64,000 bases of DNA from NCBI RefSeq assembly GCF_036321535.1, contig NC_087436.1:55244001-55308000 (forward strand). The letters run 5' to 3'. Made by a program: the position numbers and the translations under genes. Source of the stretch: Camelus dromedarius (taxonomy: Eukaryota). The notes below the pieces were generated by a model. That model was given only the letters and a program-made list of their open reading frames with translations. It was not told the DNA's origin and searched no databases. Shown here in pieces: positions 40,450-54,466 of the stretch (within the stretch, counting starts at the first letter, position 1; each line of letters starts with the position of its first letter).

Positions 40450-40715
40450 TGCGGGACTCATTAGGCCCTAGGAATTCAAAAGTGATTCTGACAAGATCAC
40501 TCCTCTCAGAGAAGTTCATAGTCTTGTGGGGGAAATAGATGTCCGAACAAATAATTTCAGTAATGTGAGAAAAGTGGCAATACTCATGTGTGCAAAAAGG
40601 CGCAGCTCCCTAAAAGGCTTAGCAGAGGCCTCATGAAGACAGTAGCAACTGAGCTCAGACTTTAAGGCTAAGTAGGCATTTCCGAGATTGAAAAAGCAAA
40701 ATGGACACTGCAGAG
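40450..40715 (-). mobile_element. L2 fragment
   Basis: cctctcagagaagttcatagtcttgtgggggaaataga; ctgagctcagactttaagg. Confidence 0.7.
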
Positions 40716-40739
40716 AATGTCACAAGAATGTTGACTGTT

Positions 40740-40930
40740 TTAGCTCATTTAACATGCAGCAGGTACTGAGGAAAATACTTTATGTGCATTAACGCATTTA
40801 ATCCTCCAACACTTGCCTGAGGTAAGTTTTGTTATTACTGCTTGGTATGTGAGTGGCTACAGGGGATCACATATAATGACACGGGCTTTGAACCCAGGAA
40901 GGCAGATTTCACTTTCATAACCACTACACC
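40740..40930 (-). mobile_element. MIR SINE
   Basis: ctttatgtgcattaacgcatttaatcctccaacac...tgaggta; ggctttgaacccagg. Confidence 0.75.
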
Positions 40931-41041
40931 GGAACATCTTTGAGTAAATGCATTATCATACAACTGTAGAAAAGCACCAAGGCAAAAAACCAGAACATTA
41001 ATTGATTAATGAGCACCTACTCTCTGCCACTGAGCTGGAGT

Positions 41042-41568
41042 TGTTACCGGGAGGAGGAGGAATAAAAGTTACTTTGGTTCTTAGTCACCCGAAAAAAAAT
41101 GAATTTCTAATGGAAAGCAGAAAGCGTGATATAAACAGAAGATTTTATTAGTGAAATAAAAAGGTAGTAAAATATAGTTCACCCCCTAGAATTGAGGGCG
41201 GGCCAATCCAAGAGAGGAAAAATGGCACCACTCTTGTTTTTCCTGTTTTTATATCCTGGCTTAGGGGGCATTTTTGTGATTGATTGATTAATAGCTCACA
41301 TTCTTTGAGTGCTCTGGCTGATTGACAGCTCACATTCCTTGTGCTCATGCACACCCATCTCTTTTATGCATGTTTTTACCCATGATGCACAAGGAGAAAC
41401 ATATGGAGGGGAGCTCCAACTGCAATGGTAATTACATTATAATAAGCATTGGGTCAATTTAAGTTGGGCCCTTCTCTCTACTGTGCAGGCATACTCTTAT
41501 TTTCTGGGTTGTTCCATCCCTGTTCCTCTCCCCTTGCCCAATGGTCATTTCTATCTAACTGCCTAACA
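41042..41568 (-). mobile_element. ERV1-class solo LTR (527 bp)
   Basis: TG...CA termini (tgtta.../...taaca); 4-bp flanks gagt/gggt; minus-strand TATAAAA 41247-41253 and AATAAA 41144-41149; internal ~30-bp duplication 41285-41346. Confidence 0.85.
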
Positions 41569-44500
41569 GGGTGAACTGTCCAGAGAAAATTTAAGAGGAT
41601 ACTAAGAAAATGAGGCTGAAGAAGCAAGAATTGAGAGAAAAAGTAACTACTGGCAATTCATTGTTGCAAGTGGATTACAAATGAGAGGTGGAGCAGACAA
41701 AAATGACTGAGGATTTTTTGCTTGAAAAATGGAGTAAATGTGATGACATAGTATGTAGCAGGAAAAACAGAAGACAACTTCATGGGGGAAAATAGGTCAT
41801 TCATTTTGAAGCATTGGGTTCCCCTATGAAAATTAGACAGTTGTAATGTCTGCTTAACTACCTCTCAGTTAGGTTAAGAATAACAGATTATGTGGTGGTG
41901 CTTTTAACTATTAAAATACTGTGCAAATTTTAAAATTAAACTATCTTACTGCAAGTGAATGAAAAACCACAATGGCGTAAACTCAGTCAGGAAGCACCTG
42001 AAAATCTAAGAGGGGCCTTCAGGGACGTAAGTGACTACTTCAGAAATCTGACATAGAACAGATACTTAATAAATATTTGTGGAGTAAAATAATACATTAA
42101 TGAATAAATGAATGTGCAAATTCATGGTGATATTATCTACTGAATTTACTTGTAGAGCACAAGTGAGAGAAAATGAACGTGAATTACTGCAAAAGAGGGT
42201 TGACATTGATAAGTCATTAACTTTTTAAGCTTGTAGAGCATTATACCTGGAGATGTTCCATAAAGGGAGAAACTGTCATTAATAGAGAGGTCGCTGCTTT
42301 CTAACTTGGAGAGTGTATGGCAGGCCCATACACGGAGGCCAGCAAAAATAGGAATGGGGAGCATTATTCGACCCTGGAGAACTAACCCTGAAGATTCTGA
42401 TAAATCCATTTAGTCTCTCACCTTTAGTTGATGTAAGCATCTACTTTATCCTTAGACACTAACTCTTAAATTTAATTTTGTTTCAATATGCCACTTTTTA
42501 AACCCCAGCTCAGATCCTCTATACTCATTTTTACAGAGACGTTAAGGTTAACCTTTTCTTTGGTCAAAAGTTCACTTGAATTAAAAATCATCAAACTACT
42601 TCCTTTTAGTTGTTATTTTTATTTTTACTCTCATGACCCCCTACCTCAAGTGTCATTTCCTCCTCAATCCTCTTTTAAATATTTTTACAGTCACAGCATC
42701 TATTGCTGTCATTTGCACTGAGAACCAACATTTTTTTATGCATAAAGCTGCTTCATTAACACTCAGTGGTTCTATTTTTATATATTATTTTTTATTATGC
42801 AATAATTTTTATTTTATTTTACCAAATATTTTAATATCTATGTAATCATGTCCACATACTTAAGTTTTGCTGCCTTAAATAATAGTTTCATATACTCATT
42901 TGTAGTGTTTAATTTTAAAACTTATGAGTAAAATTATATAATTAAATTATTTAATTTAGAATGAATTACAAGACAAGGATGTTCCTTATCCTGAAAATGC
43001 TTACAAATTAGAGAAAAATACAGACAAAAAAGGTTAATTTTATGATGTCATATAAGAACTATAATAAGAGTCAGAACACTGTAGGGTATAAATACACATA
43101 TATACATATATGTGTACATATATCTATAGACACATGTATGTGCATTTTTATGCATACATATGCATATATTTAAATAAATACACTAATTTTCATTTTATTG
43201 CTTTATTTTATTTTTTAGACTATAAGGTTGACTTCATGAAATGACTTGCGTGTTCCTAAAATACAGATGTTCTTTCCATTAATGATAAATCATTTTAAAA
43301 ATTAGTACTGTATTTTAAAAAGTTTCTGAATGGATTGTAAGAATTAGCCATTAATTCAATAATATTTCAGTTTTGCAATACATAAGAAAGTGGCACGTCT
43401 TTATGATTGACAAGTAATATAGAAAGAGCTCTTTGAAAGTGGTTGTTTCCATTTGAAAACACACATTATTAAGGTTATTGGAAAGGATATAAAAACTATG
43501 TTCATTTGCATGAAGCATACTTTAAAATATAACCTTATATTTAAGAACTTTTATATGTTACAGCCTTTGAATTCTGATAAATGATAAATATTATAACTTT
43601 ACATTAAAATGGCTTTCATATCATTTTTATTACAACTTAGGAAATGTAGCAAGACAAAGACATGAAAGATATGATTATAAATTAAATATTTTCCAAGAAG
43701 TAGTATCTGGAGGACAAAAACTATGTCTACTGTTTCCTTTGCATTTTCCCATAGAGTCTAATAAAGACTGGTGGGTGCTCACTAAATGTTGATGATAGTC
43801 TTACTTCTAACTTAGTTTTGATGAGCTTCTGAATTAGATGTCCTCTAATGTCCTTTCCTACTCTGAAATTATATTATTCTGTAATATAGTGCTATATGTT
43901 CATTTTCCCCCATAGAGAAGTATAAAGCACATAATGCTCTCTAAGTAAGAATGATCTGTTCAGTGATGCAATTTATACATTATTCATGCTAGTGTTTAAG
44001 ACAAAATCTCAGATAAGGTTCTCATCGGTAGGAATTATTCCCATATTGGTAGAGAATGAGCTGAGGTGGTCTCTCCTCTTTCATTTGTTTTTCAAATTCT
44101 AATTGAAATAGGACTATAGGTGAAATTATTTTGTTGGCATATTACTTTTAATATATTTCTTTTTTCTTACTAAGGCACATGTTACATGTTTCTCTGTGAT
44201 CAGAGTTGAAAATATCATATTTGAAAAACTTCAAGTTGATCACAAATACTGATTTATTAAGCCTGAACAATCTAAAGTTTCATAGTGTCGCATAATGCTA
44301 ATGCCAAGGAGATCCAGAAAAACATCTCTGAATGTGGTTTTTTACACATTAGATTTTTCTAAGCTTGGTTTGGTCACTTGATTGCTGTTTAACAGCCTAA
44401 AAGGGTGAATGAATAAAACACTCTCTGGTTTGAAAAGCTTTTTTGGCAATAGACTATGTAAATTTAGAAGTGAACACATGCCAAAGATACTGTATATGAC

Positions 44501-45229
44501 CCAATGACAAATAAATGGCAAATGGAAATTCTTTATGATTTCAGATTGAGGAATCATGTTAGCTTTTCTGTAGTATGGATATTGTTTGAATGGGCAGAAA
44601 AAAAGTGGATAATGATGAAAAGCCGTAGTAAAAGCTTAGAAGTTCAGAAGCAGGCAAACAAAAGCTGGATTCAGGGAAACAATGTCGCTTTGTCTGACAA
44701 ATGGGTATGAGTAGGGGAGAAGAACAGGCTATGGATGGATGTAAAGGGTCTGAAAGATACTGGAAAATGGACTTTAACCAGCCAGAGGCTGAACGAAGAT
44801 ACCTCTTACTTGTATAAACGTGAGGCAGAAGACACTTTGTTTAGTTCCTCCCAAACTAGGAAAAAAAAAGAAATGAAACATATCTGCAGGTTATCACAGA
44901 ACTATAATCTGTCATGCAAAGCATTGAAATTCCACTCAATATTGTAAGTATAGATTTATACAAACTTCCTGAAATACAGGACATCCCCATAGACTTTGTA
45001 AACATTGTGATTTTGTTTTTCTATGTATATTTTTAAGTCTTATTTTATTGGGATGTTTTAAAATGGAGGTGAATATAATGAGAACGTTGGATGGTAGAAA
45101 CTAAAAGTAAAAGCCTGGCCCTGCCAGGTCTGTTTTAAGAGTTCACAATTTCTATTCTGTAGGTTTAAAAACATAGTAGTGGCACATGGCGGGAATGGAA
45201 GAAAGAAAAAAAAATTGTGATGCAAGGGA

Positions 45230-45440
45230 AGACCATGAAGTTGAGAGACAAGAAACAAATAGACCTACATTGTAGTAAGTCTACCTTTCTTGCTATGTGA
45301 CTTTTGAACTCTATTTAAGCTCTTTGACTTTGAGATTTCTTATCCATAAAACAAGGACAGTTATTCCTATCTCATACTATTTATGTGGCTAGTTTCATGC
45401 TTGGCACAGAGGCAGAACTCAAAAAATAATAGCTCTCATC
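45230..45440 (+). mobile_element. MIR SINE
   Basis: tgctatgtgacttttgaac...tttcttatccataaaacaaggacagttattcctatctcata...tgcttggcacagag. Confidence 0.7.
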
Positions 45441-45628
45441 CCATGAATGTCATTATTTTATTCATGGTGGGTTTTCTGTTAGTCATAAAAAAGACAATGT
45501 CAGCAGTTTTTAAAGTTCAGTATAAGGTTACATTGTGGTTCTTTGAAAACATTTTAACTAACAACATCATTAATTCTATACATCTTTTTTTTCTGGGTTG
45601 AGATTACTTAGTCTTAACATTCAGTTTA

Positions 45629-48600
45629 TGATATAATTCAGAGTTCAGTTAAAGAGAAGAGAATCCACTCTATTTTATGTCAGCAGAAAGGGATTTGTTA
45701 TTGAGCATTAAATGCTTACAGAAGTTTGGAATGTGCTGAAAAAACGGTCTGTAGCCTGATCTTTCAGGATATGCTCCAGAGCTAGGCTGCCAGGAAAGCT
45801 GCTGTTCCTTCTATGATGGGTAAGAAAGCTACACTGAGCATCAAGAAGTCACTGCTACAGCTCCATGGTACCTCTGCCATAATTCTCACCTGCAAAATGG
45901 ATGCCTCAATCCTGCCCTTTTCCTCACATAATTTAACTCTAAATGCAAGTTTTGCTTAAGTCTTTACTTGCAATACCTAGATCACTTTTGAAATTCTAGG
46001 TTCAAAGATTAGAGTTGACTTTTTAAGTTTTCGAGCCCCTTTTGTATAGGAATTTTCATAGAAGACAGGACAAATCATCATCAAGTCAATATTGTGTACC
46101 TACTACAGTCCAACAATTTCTACTCAGTAACCTACTTCTATCCTTACGTTTCTAAGCAACAATAGCTGTTATAACAGTTTCCTTCCAAATAAATATAAAC
46201 ATCCTTCAAACAAATGAAATAGTATCCACATTTTGATGAAAAGGCACATTCTGCATGGTGCTCATTCCTTCTCTACTTCAATTAAAGTAATGAAGCCGTT
46301 ATTACTTACCTAGGGGATAAATGTAAAATTAATACATTCTATCTAAGATAGTTGGACAAAGGGAGAAAGAAACAAAAGAAATGTGGTTCATATGAAAGCA
46401 TAGAGAGAGAGTATGAGTAGCTTCTTTAGTGTCTATATTTGCACAAGATAATAACGATTTTCAACTTGTTTCTTCCTCCACACGTTCTTGATTGCCCTTG
46501 TTCACAGTTACTACCTCTACTTTTCAGTATTCTTCATGTGTTGGGGTGGCCCTGAACTTGATTCCTAAAGGATCTAATCTTGAGTCTCCTGTATATGTGC
46601 GGTTACTCCAGTCTTCTACTAACTAGTAACACTGGTTATGGCAGTACATGAAATACCCGTCCTTACCCCTGTTGTGGTAAAACAAACCCATTTTCCCTTG
46701 ATCATCAGAACCAGTTATCCCAGATAACATACTATTATTTACCTTGTTTGCGTTGTTGGTCTAGCAGCATGAGGAGCCCAAAATGGCCAGGTGGTGATCT
46801 CAATGACATCACTATTGTTTTATGTGGTGGAAGCATTTAGCTAAGAGTTCTAAACCAGTGGAATTCTGTGATGTAAGGAAAAGAAGAAAATATATTGTGT
46901 TAGGCATTAGATATAGTTTACCCAGTGATTCCAGTTCCATGTGTTCCTCTTGTGCAAGAACTAGCCCAGCCTCATACAATGGTCACTGATTTGTAGAATA
47001 TTCTGTCTCCTCTGGGATGCCATACTTTCAGAGAATTATTTATAAGTAGCACAATAGCAGAGCCTTTAAGAGCACATTCCATTTAAGATTGGTCAGTTCT
47101 GAGTGTAAACCAATTGCCTCCCTACTTTGACTGGAAAACAAGTTCATTCATTCAGAAGTAGAATTTCCTGATGTTGAATAATTTATTAAGTAAGTTTATG
47201 GTGGCATTGCTGGCAGGTAGAAAAGAATGAACCAGAATAGATGTCTCTTCAAGTAAGAAAACGTTTCATATTTTAGCTGCCCAAGTTAACTAACTGGTCC
47301 CCTAGAGATATATAGAAATATATTGTTACCTGCCAGCCTCAATGCTGTTCCTTGCTGCTCGCACTGAACACTCTAAGTGGCAGAGCCAGATAAGCCTTGG
47401 GAAGAGAAAAGCAGTCTGTGTGCACTCATTCTTATCTTTATCCCTACTAGCATAATCACTTTTTGCCCTAAAGTCTTCAAGGAAGCTTGAGATGCCTAGG
47501 GAGAGTCCATGCAACATCATAAAAAAATGCTCTTATTCACCCAAGACCTTCTCCTACTAAGAAATGCACATAACACACAAATATCCTCTCATTCTCAGTA
47601 TATTTTGTGAAGTTCATAAACATACCTCTTCCCTAAACCTCTTTGTAACCTACCTATTTTTTTAATATATGTATATACTTTTCTAATTCCCTGACCATCT
47701 GGCTAAACTATTACCCACTGTTCTTGAATAAATGTTAACTCATACTTGCAGCCAGTTCTTCTTCCATACAGTGTGACAACCATATGTATCATTCAAATGT
47801 TTGCCAAATGGCAGTATCTTCCCCCCTGTCCTTTCCAGCCAGTGGGCTGCTGTGGCATTACAGACACACTTTTAGCTATTTATAGTATATGATGAAGGAC
47901 TTTTTCTTTTCCTTCTCAATCAGCTGGCTCTTTAAGTGAGCACACCGAAATATGGCTTCAGGAGGGGTACTTGTGCGGTAGAGATGGATGCAGTGAATCC
48001 AGAGACTTCTCGAGCCCCAGTTCTACTGTTACTTAATAATATAGAATATTTGGGGTTATAAATAATGCACTTTTTATAACAAATAGAACATAAAACTTGT
48101 AGTTACAAAGATTGGATTTTTAAGTCTAAAAATTAAAATAAGGTCTTAGTGGACTGCCTGCCTTTGGTATCCTATGAGCAATTAGTCAAAAAGTCTGATT
48201 ACTGCTCACTATTATAAAAACCATGATACCCCTGCTTTTGTTCATTGAATATGTCCACTTGGCCTCTGAATTCTGAGATCCCATCATACTTATTAAAATC
48301 CGAAGCCATATCAATACAACTCTAATTATCGTATTACAAAGAACAGCAAATAGTATGCTATGGCTTTCTGCACCAACGGATTCCTCAATGACTTAGTGAA
48401 AGGAATCTCCTTTGGGCTCTCTCAAGAGTCCTATTTAGTGGATGTATAGATGAATCATACATGATTAAGCCACACCAACATTGTTAAATCCTTGAGGTGT
48501 TAAAATCCCTTCTTTTATGTTATAACATGGAAATGTTGGCATTTTTGTCATAAGGGTATATTGTAGCAGCTAATCTGCCCACTAAATACTTTCCTTCAAT

Positions 48601-49284
48601 AAACATTTTCTCCCAGGAGACTGCAGATAATCATTTAATCTTTGCTTTGACATAGCTTATGATGGAATAACAGTGTTCTGTATTCCGATGTTAGCAGGAT
48701 CCTCATTGTCTTCAAACATAATCAGGCCAGATACTCAATACAAGATGCCCATTTCCTTGAGACTTATTAGCAGGCCCCGATTGTATCAGTTAGCGTTTAA
48801 TCGCAAAGACATAGCCTATTCAAGCTGGCATAATATAAAATAATGTATTATGATAAATTTAATTTCTTACTGAACTATTGGGAGGCAATAGGAATAGACT
48901 GTAAGTTGAGATGCCAAGAATAACCTCCAAAGCGAAAATAAAACTGTGCTTCCAAGGACTGCTTTTCCTGCCATGGTCAGGAAACTTCCTGTTGAGTAAG
49001 AGTTCAGTACTACAGCCACTTGCTTCATAATCACACCCGTGCTATATTACACGTATACAGCACACACAGAAATGGATGCCTTGTGCCCTGCTTCTCTTTA
49101 CACTTACCTGTTTTGATTCAAGCCTTACTCAAATGTGTCTGATTAGAAGAAGATAAATCATAACAAGGAATCTTGTGTTCTTGTTTTGTTCTGTTTTAGT
49201 AATTCAGCATCTGCATTACAAGAAAGCATATTAGAAAGAGGTTGGAATGGATATTGAACTGCCTGAGCCAATGCATCTGCCACG
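45629..49284 (-). mobile_element. Ancient ERVL-class provirus remnant, LTR-internal-LTR, with exact 5-bp TSD
   Basis: LTRs ~45629-46108 and ~48782-49284 share colinear motifs (ctacagc, aaatggatgcct); dUTPase-like PPGHFGLLM on minus strand 46768-46794; gag-end-like gatgggatctcagaattcagaggccaagtgg ~48255-48285; GTTTA at 45624-28 and 49285-89. Confidence 0.8.
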
Positions 49285-49407
49285 GTTTACTTACATGGTA
49301 GTGATTTATGGAGTCAAAGCCTAATTGTAGAGAAGCTTTAGAATTAGTACTTCAGATGTGAAGTGTTCCCTCAACTGTTCGCTCTATAGAATTGTTGCCA
49401 GATTTTT

Positions 49408-49900
49408 AGTTCAATTCACAAATTGAACATACATAATTTGTGCCAAGTTCTGGAAATACAAAGATGAATTATATGGGTTCTTCACCCTGAAGGGGCTAAC
49501 AGTCTGTAATGTAGGATAACTTTAGGAATTCAGGCATTAACACTGAAGAAATGAACAAATGCTGTGGAATTAATTTTTTGGGTGGGTATAGAATGGGTAT
49601 TTGGGTACTCCTACATGGGTAAATTTAAATCATGCCTTAAAGATTTTTTTTTCTGGTATTATATGAAAAGGGAAATATTTAGGGAGATAAAAATGTGAGT
49701 AAAGAATGAAAAGATGACTGTTCATATGGAAGTATGTGATCCCTGACTCATAGTAATTACACAATGAATGTTTTTTGAAATTAGAAAGAAAAAATAGGAT
49801 GCGGAGGTTGTAATAAAAGTGAACAGAAAGTAGGCCAGGAGAGTTAGGATTTTTAAATTGTTAAGGGCCTTTTAAGCCAGTTTTGACCAATGAATTGTGA
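49408..49900 (-). mobile_element. L2 3' region
   Basis: ttcaattcacaaattgaac...tgtgccaagttctggaaatacaaagatgaat...ccctgaaggggctaacagtct. Confidence 0.7.
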
Positions 49901-50089
49901 GTAGAAATCAAGAGATATCACTCACAGGCCAAAACATTTCATTGCTAGTACAAGACCATCCAGTACTTTCTTTTCTCTCTTACAAAACTACCAGCATCCA
50001 GAAGGAGAATGCTCTAATTACAGGAAATAAAAGAAAACAGAACTCTTGTATACCAAGAAATCTCATAGCCATATATTTATAGTGGTAAC

Positions 50090-50350
50090 TCTGAAAGTAC
50101 TGAGGAGGGTAGATTATACTGCAGACAGCTGGAGTCAGACAGATGGGTCAGAACAGTGTATGAGTCTGTGTCCACTGGAGCAGAAGCAATAGTAGAGATG
50201 AGGAAGCTCATCTTAGAGACATTAAAGGGAGGGAAGTGAGAGGACTTAGTTGAAGCAAATATATAGATGAAGGGGAAAGGGGAGAACTCAGTTATAAGTT
50301 CAAGATTTCCATCTTGGCTCACTGGGTGAATGGTAATGTCTCAGTTGGGA
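50090..50350 (-). mobile_element. L2 fragment
   Basis: agcaatagtagagatgagga...caagatttccatcttggctcactgggtgaatggtaatg. Confidence 0.7.
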
Positions 50351-50738
50351 CACAGCCATTTAATGCTCACCAAATATCTATTCATGCTCCCATAGTGCTC
50401 ATCCCTCTCGCTGTAAGGTAAGGTCATCTAACTACTTCTCATCAGTGAGCTGTGAGCAGAAAGGATGTGTGTCCCTCCTGGGAAAAGAATAACTTAAGTG
50501 GTGAGCAACACTCTTGATCTTTCTTCCCTGACCTTGATAACAGAGAACCAGAGCTGAGATGACTGAACCACTCAGGGACTAGTGACTAGATCCATAAGTC
50601 ACTAGATGGAGAGAAGCAACCCTAGAATGTCATCCAATCCTAATCACAAGTTAAGTGAGATACGAATTTTTTCATGTGTAAATTGACTGTGATTATGGGT
50701 TGCTTTTATGACAGCTTGGCCAGCTTACCCTGACTTAA
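50351..50738 (+). mobile_element. MLT1I/J-like MaLR LTR
   Basis: tgctcaccaaatat; tgagctgtgagcagaa.ggatgtgtgtc; ends tgacagcttggccagcttaccctgact. Confidence 0.75.
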
Positions 50739-50779
50739 AAAGTGTGAAAGAAGAACAGAACACTTATAGAGGTAAATGT

Positions 50780-50985
50780 ATAATTTATTGAATATTTATC
50801 ATATGCCAGTCACTATTTTAAGCACATCCGTTGTATGTAACAACCCATTTGCTTCTAGGACAACCATATAAGGAAGAGTTATTTTATTCCAATTTTAGAT
50901 ATGAGGGAATTATGGCAAAGGGAAGTTAGGTAATTTGATTTCATATAGCTAGAACGCTGTGAGCTTGAAATTCCAGACCACATTT
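50780..50985 (-). mobile_element. MIR SINE
   Basis: atttattgaatatttatcatatgccag...attccaattttagatatgaggga...gttaggtaatttg. Confidence 0.75.
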
Positions 50986-52002
50986 TACACATGCTAAATT
51001 TGAGTCAAGATTATCCAGTATGCATATAGAGAGATATGTTCTTCATGCTTAAGATACTTAATTTTGTGATTCATTACCATAGAATTGATATATGAATCCA
51101 TAACAAGAAATGTATTTGGAAGCATACTGATGCAGAAACAAGATTGAAGTAGTATGGATATAAAGGAACAATTTTTTTTTTTGAGACCTGAAATAACGAG
51201 AACACACACATAGAACTATAAAGACTGGAATGTCCCTCCCTGGCCCTAAAGTTCTAAATCTTTGTTCATCAGACTGCCCATTCAGAATTCTAAAGCCTGT
51301 GTAGGGTGGGTGGTGGAATTGGAGACTGCTGCATAGAGTTGAGTCTATCGAAGGCCTCCCATCAGTCCCCAGGACGCTTCACCATGAGGGATGGTGATAT
51401 AATTGTCTGCCTCTGCCCTCAATCTGGGTGGAGAGGAAAAAAAGGAAAACATCTACCCTGATACTTTCTCACTACAAACCCATATTATTAGGGCTTGGGG
51501 GCAACAATTGCAACTTGTCACCCTACAATTTTAAGCAAATACTAAATATAAAGTGGTTCAGAAGATAATACTTCTCTTTGTGGAAGAACTTCTTGCAATG
51601 TCTTTGATAATATTTTCTTCTCCACTATTTCTTTATTATTATTCTTGACTGCTGAACTCTTTAATATTTCTTATTCTAAACAACCTTCCTCCTGCCCTAT
51701 TCATTGTTATCTCTCAGACCCAGCCATCTGTCTGACCTCTGGAAGCCTGATATTTGAAACACATGTTTTCAACTACTATATGCATATAAATATTCCCGAA
51801 CATCTATTTATGTCTTTATGTCTAGCTTGTGTTTCTGGTTCTTTCTAAAAGTTCTTATGCCCTGATGTGTGCAACACATCTCTAAATTAGTTGTTCAACC
51901 AATATACAGAAAAAAAATAAGGTTATTCGATAGTTAACATTTCTTATTGTTCTTATTGCTAGTGAGATTTCTGCAAGGCAAAATATATTGTCAGGGGGAC
52001 AA

Positions 52003-52225
52003 TATGTTGCTGAAAAGAAAACCTCTGGAGTCACAGAGTTCTTTGGTTTCAATCCTGCCTCTGTTGTTTATATGTGACAGTTCACATCTTTTATGCTTTA
52101 AATTCTGAGCTTCAGTTTTCTCATTTGTAAACTGAGGATAATTGAGCCTACATCACCTGTTGTGAGTACTTAATCAAATAATTCACAGAGAATCACTAGA
52201 TACCTGGTATGTATGTACTAGGGGA
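52003..52225 (+). mobile_element. MIR SINE
   Basis: ctctggagtcacag...tctgagcttcagttttctcatttgtaaactgaggataat. Confidence 0.85.
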
Positions 52226-53624
52226 TGTAGCAGACTCTCTACAAAAGTTGGTTCCCTTCCCTCTAGTTTGTGTTTTCAGTTAGGTTTTAACTACCAGGCA
52301 AACAGCTGGTTCTATCTGTTGGGATTTGCAAATCATCCTCCTTGAAAACTTCTTTGATACCAAATTTTTGATAGTTTGAATTTTAAGACAACTTAGAATA
52401 TGTCTTAAGATTAATACTTCATACTCAATTGTAATATGTATACCCACCTTTAATTGGGTGGAATTGTGAATATATTATCCTAAAATAATTTAATACCTAT
52501 TTTTAGCCTCTAATACTTTTTACATTTAACCTCTATACTTTTACAATGGGAAAAAATTTTCATTGACAATCATATTTTTTTCACTCACTTCCTTTAAAAA
52601 TGCAGTTCAAACCTGATTACTTCATGAAATTCTCTTTGTTTATAAAACCTAAATTCCATCTGACACAAAAATAATTATCCATTTACTATATATTTGAAAA
52701 CTCACAACCCTAGTTTGTACTGATCTACGTTCAAATCCTGAAGCAATACCCTCATTATGTAAGCAGTGTGTGTGTGAGGAGATCAAAACTTTGAAAGAAA
52801 TGTTGCAAAAGTCTTTCAGGAATGTGATTTGAGTTACAATAGATTTTCATTAATGTGTTTTATGTGCAATGATTTTGACCAAGTAATGTGATTTATGAAG
52901 ACATCTTGCTGTTATTTTTCTTGAGAATTTTCAATCAGCTTCCAATATCTAATTCTGACTTTTTCTGATAAGTGAGCATCTATTGAAGAACATCAGCAAT
53001 TTTGTACATGGAAATTAAAAGATAAAAAATTATGTTTGTCCCAGTGGGGTGTATCCTGACATTCAATTGCTTTTTTCTATTTTATTGTAAACCAATAATG
53101 GGCCAAAAATGTGTTTGTTGCAGAGGAAGTTATGATTAATTTGTCTGATAAGTGAACCAAAGTTTCCCCTTTCAACATACATCTACACAAAATAAAAGAG
53201 TATTACGGTTGTTTCTTTTTCTTTTTCTTATAGGTTTCTCTTTTTTTCTTAGAAGTTCTCATTTTTATTTCAGATTGCTAATAAATAAAGTTTATGCCCC
53301 TTATTGTAATGGCAGTTGGTATTGCTAGTATAGTACATACTGCAAGGAACTATATTTCAATGAAGTAAAAGCTGGTTAACAAACATTTGTTCAAAAATAA
53401 AATTTTTCAAGACAAAAATATAACCTATTTTCATTTTTGTTTAACTTCCTAAATTATTCCCTATTTTGTAGATTTACAGTGAATATAATTTGAAACAAAG
53501 CCTAATGTCTCATATTTGGAGTAAGTTTTATGGCTAAATGAAAGGATACACAGTGCTTCCACTTAGAGGCAGAGAACACTCATCTGATAATCATATTATT
53601 TGGAGAAGGAAATCAGCCAGGAAC

Positions 53625-53750
53625 ATTTATTCATTCATTTACTTACTCATTCAGGGTTTACTATTTGATAGCTGCTGGATATAAGGGTGAGGAACACACA
53701 CCTCAGCCTACCTTCACGGAAACTACAGCCAATCAGGTGACACAGAGTTC
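53625..53750 (-). mobile_element. L2 3' end
   Basis: tttattcattcatttacttactcattca...gctggatataagggtga. Confidence 0.6.
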
Positions 53751-54466
53751 AAGCATTTCTGCTCATGCCACATATACAACCTTTACTCATAAGAGCTGTT
53801 AGCCCCTGAGTCACTTCTCTCAAGTGAGCTAGGCTCAGTGATCAAGCACTCTGGCTCACAGCTGATTAAAATAAGTAAATCAAACCTGAGCGAACCTGCT
53901 AAGACGTGAAGACATTAACAAGAAATGAAAGCATTTTGACTGTGAGAGTAGATAGAAAATGTTTCCGTACCTTACATTCCACTATCCAACTACAAAATAG
54001 CATCCAGTCATATTCAACTCTCATTCATTTGCTTAATACTTATTAATTACTATGTGACATACACTATGCATGGCTCTGGATTTAAAAATATGGAAGTAAA
54101 ATATGGCCCCTAAGTAAAAGGAACTCATAATATTGTACATATGTATGTGTACCCATCTTTTGTGTGTGTCTTTGTCAGGGAGGTGGGGACAGGTGGTTGA
54201 GGTTTCAAGAGTCAGAATCCGTCTGATGGGATATAGCATCAAGGGAGAACTTTTAACTAAAAGTTACTTAACCATTAGGGTTAAGTCTGAAATAGCTGGT
54301 AGAATAAGTAATGAAACTATTACAAAGATGGCATGATGACAGCGGTATCCTTGAAAAGGCAAATTTAAGATGGAACCCGAGTAAAGATGTATGGCACGTA
54401 TCCCACTGTGATAGCTGAAAGAAGGAAGTGGGAGAGGATCTAGGAACAGGAGAATAAACGAGGCAG

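Noticed and set aside
53212..53290. Stacked polypyrimidine-AG acceptors followed by AATAAA (terminal exon?)
   Set aside because: Low-complexity T-rich DNA produces such signals by chance; no further support
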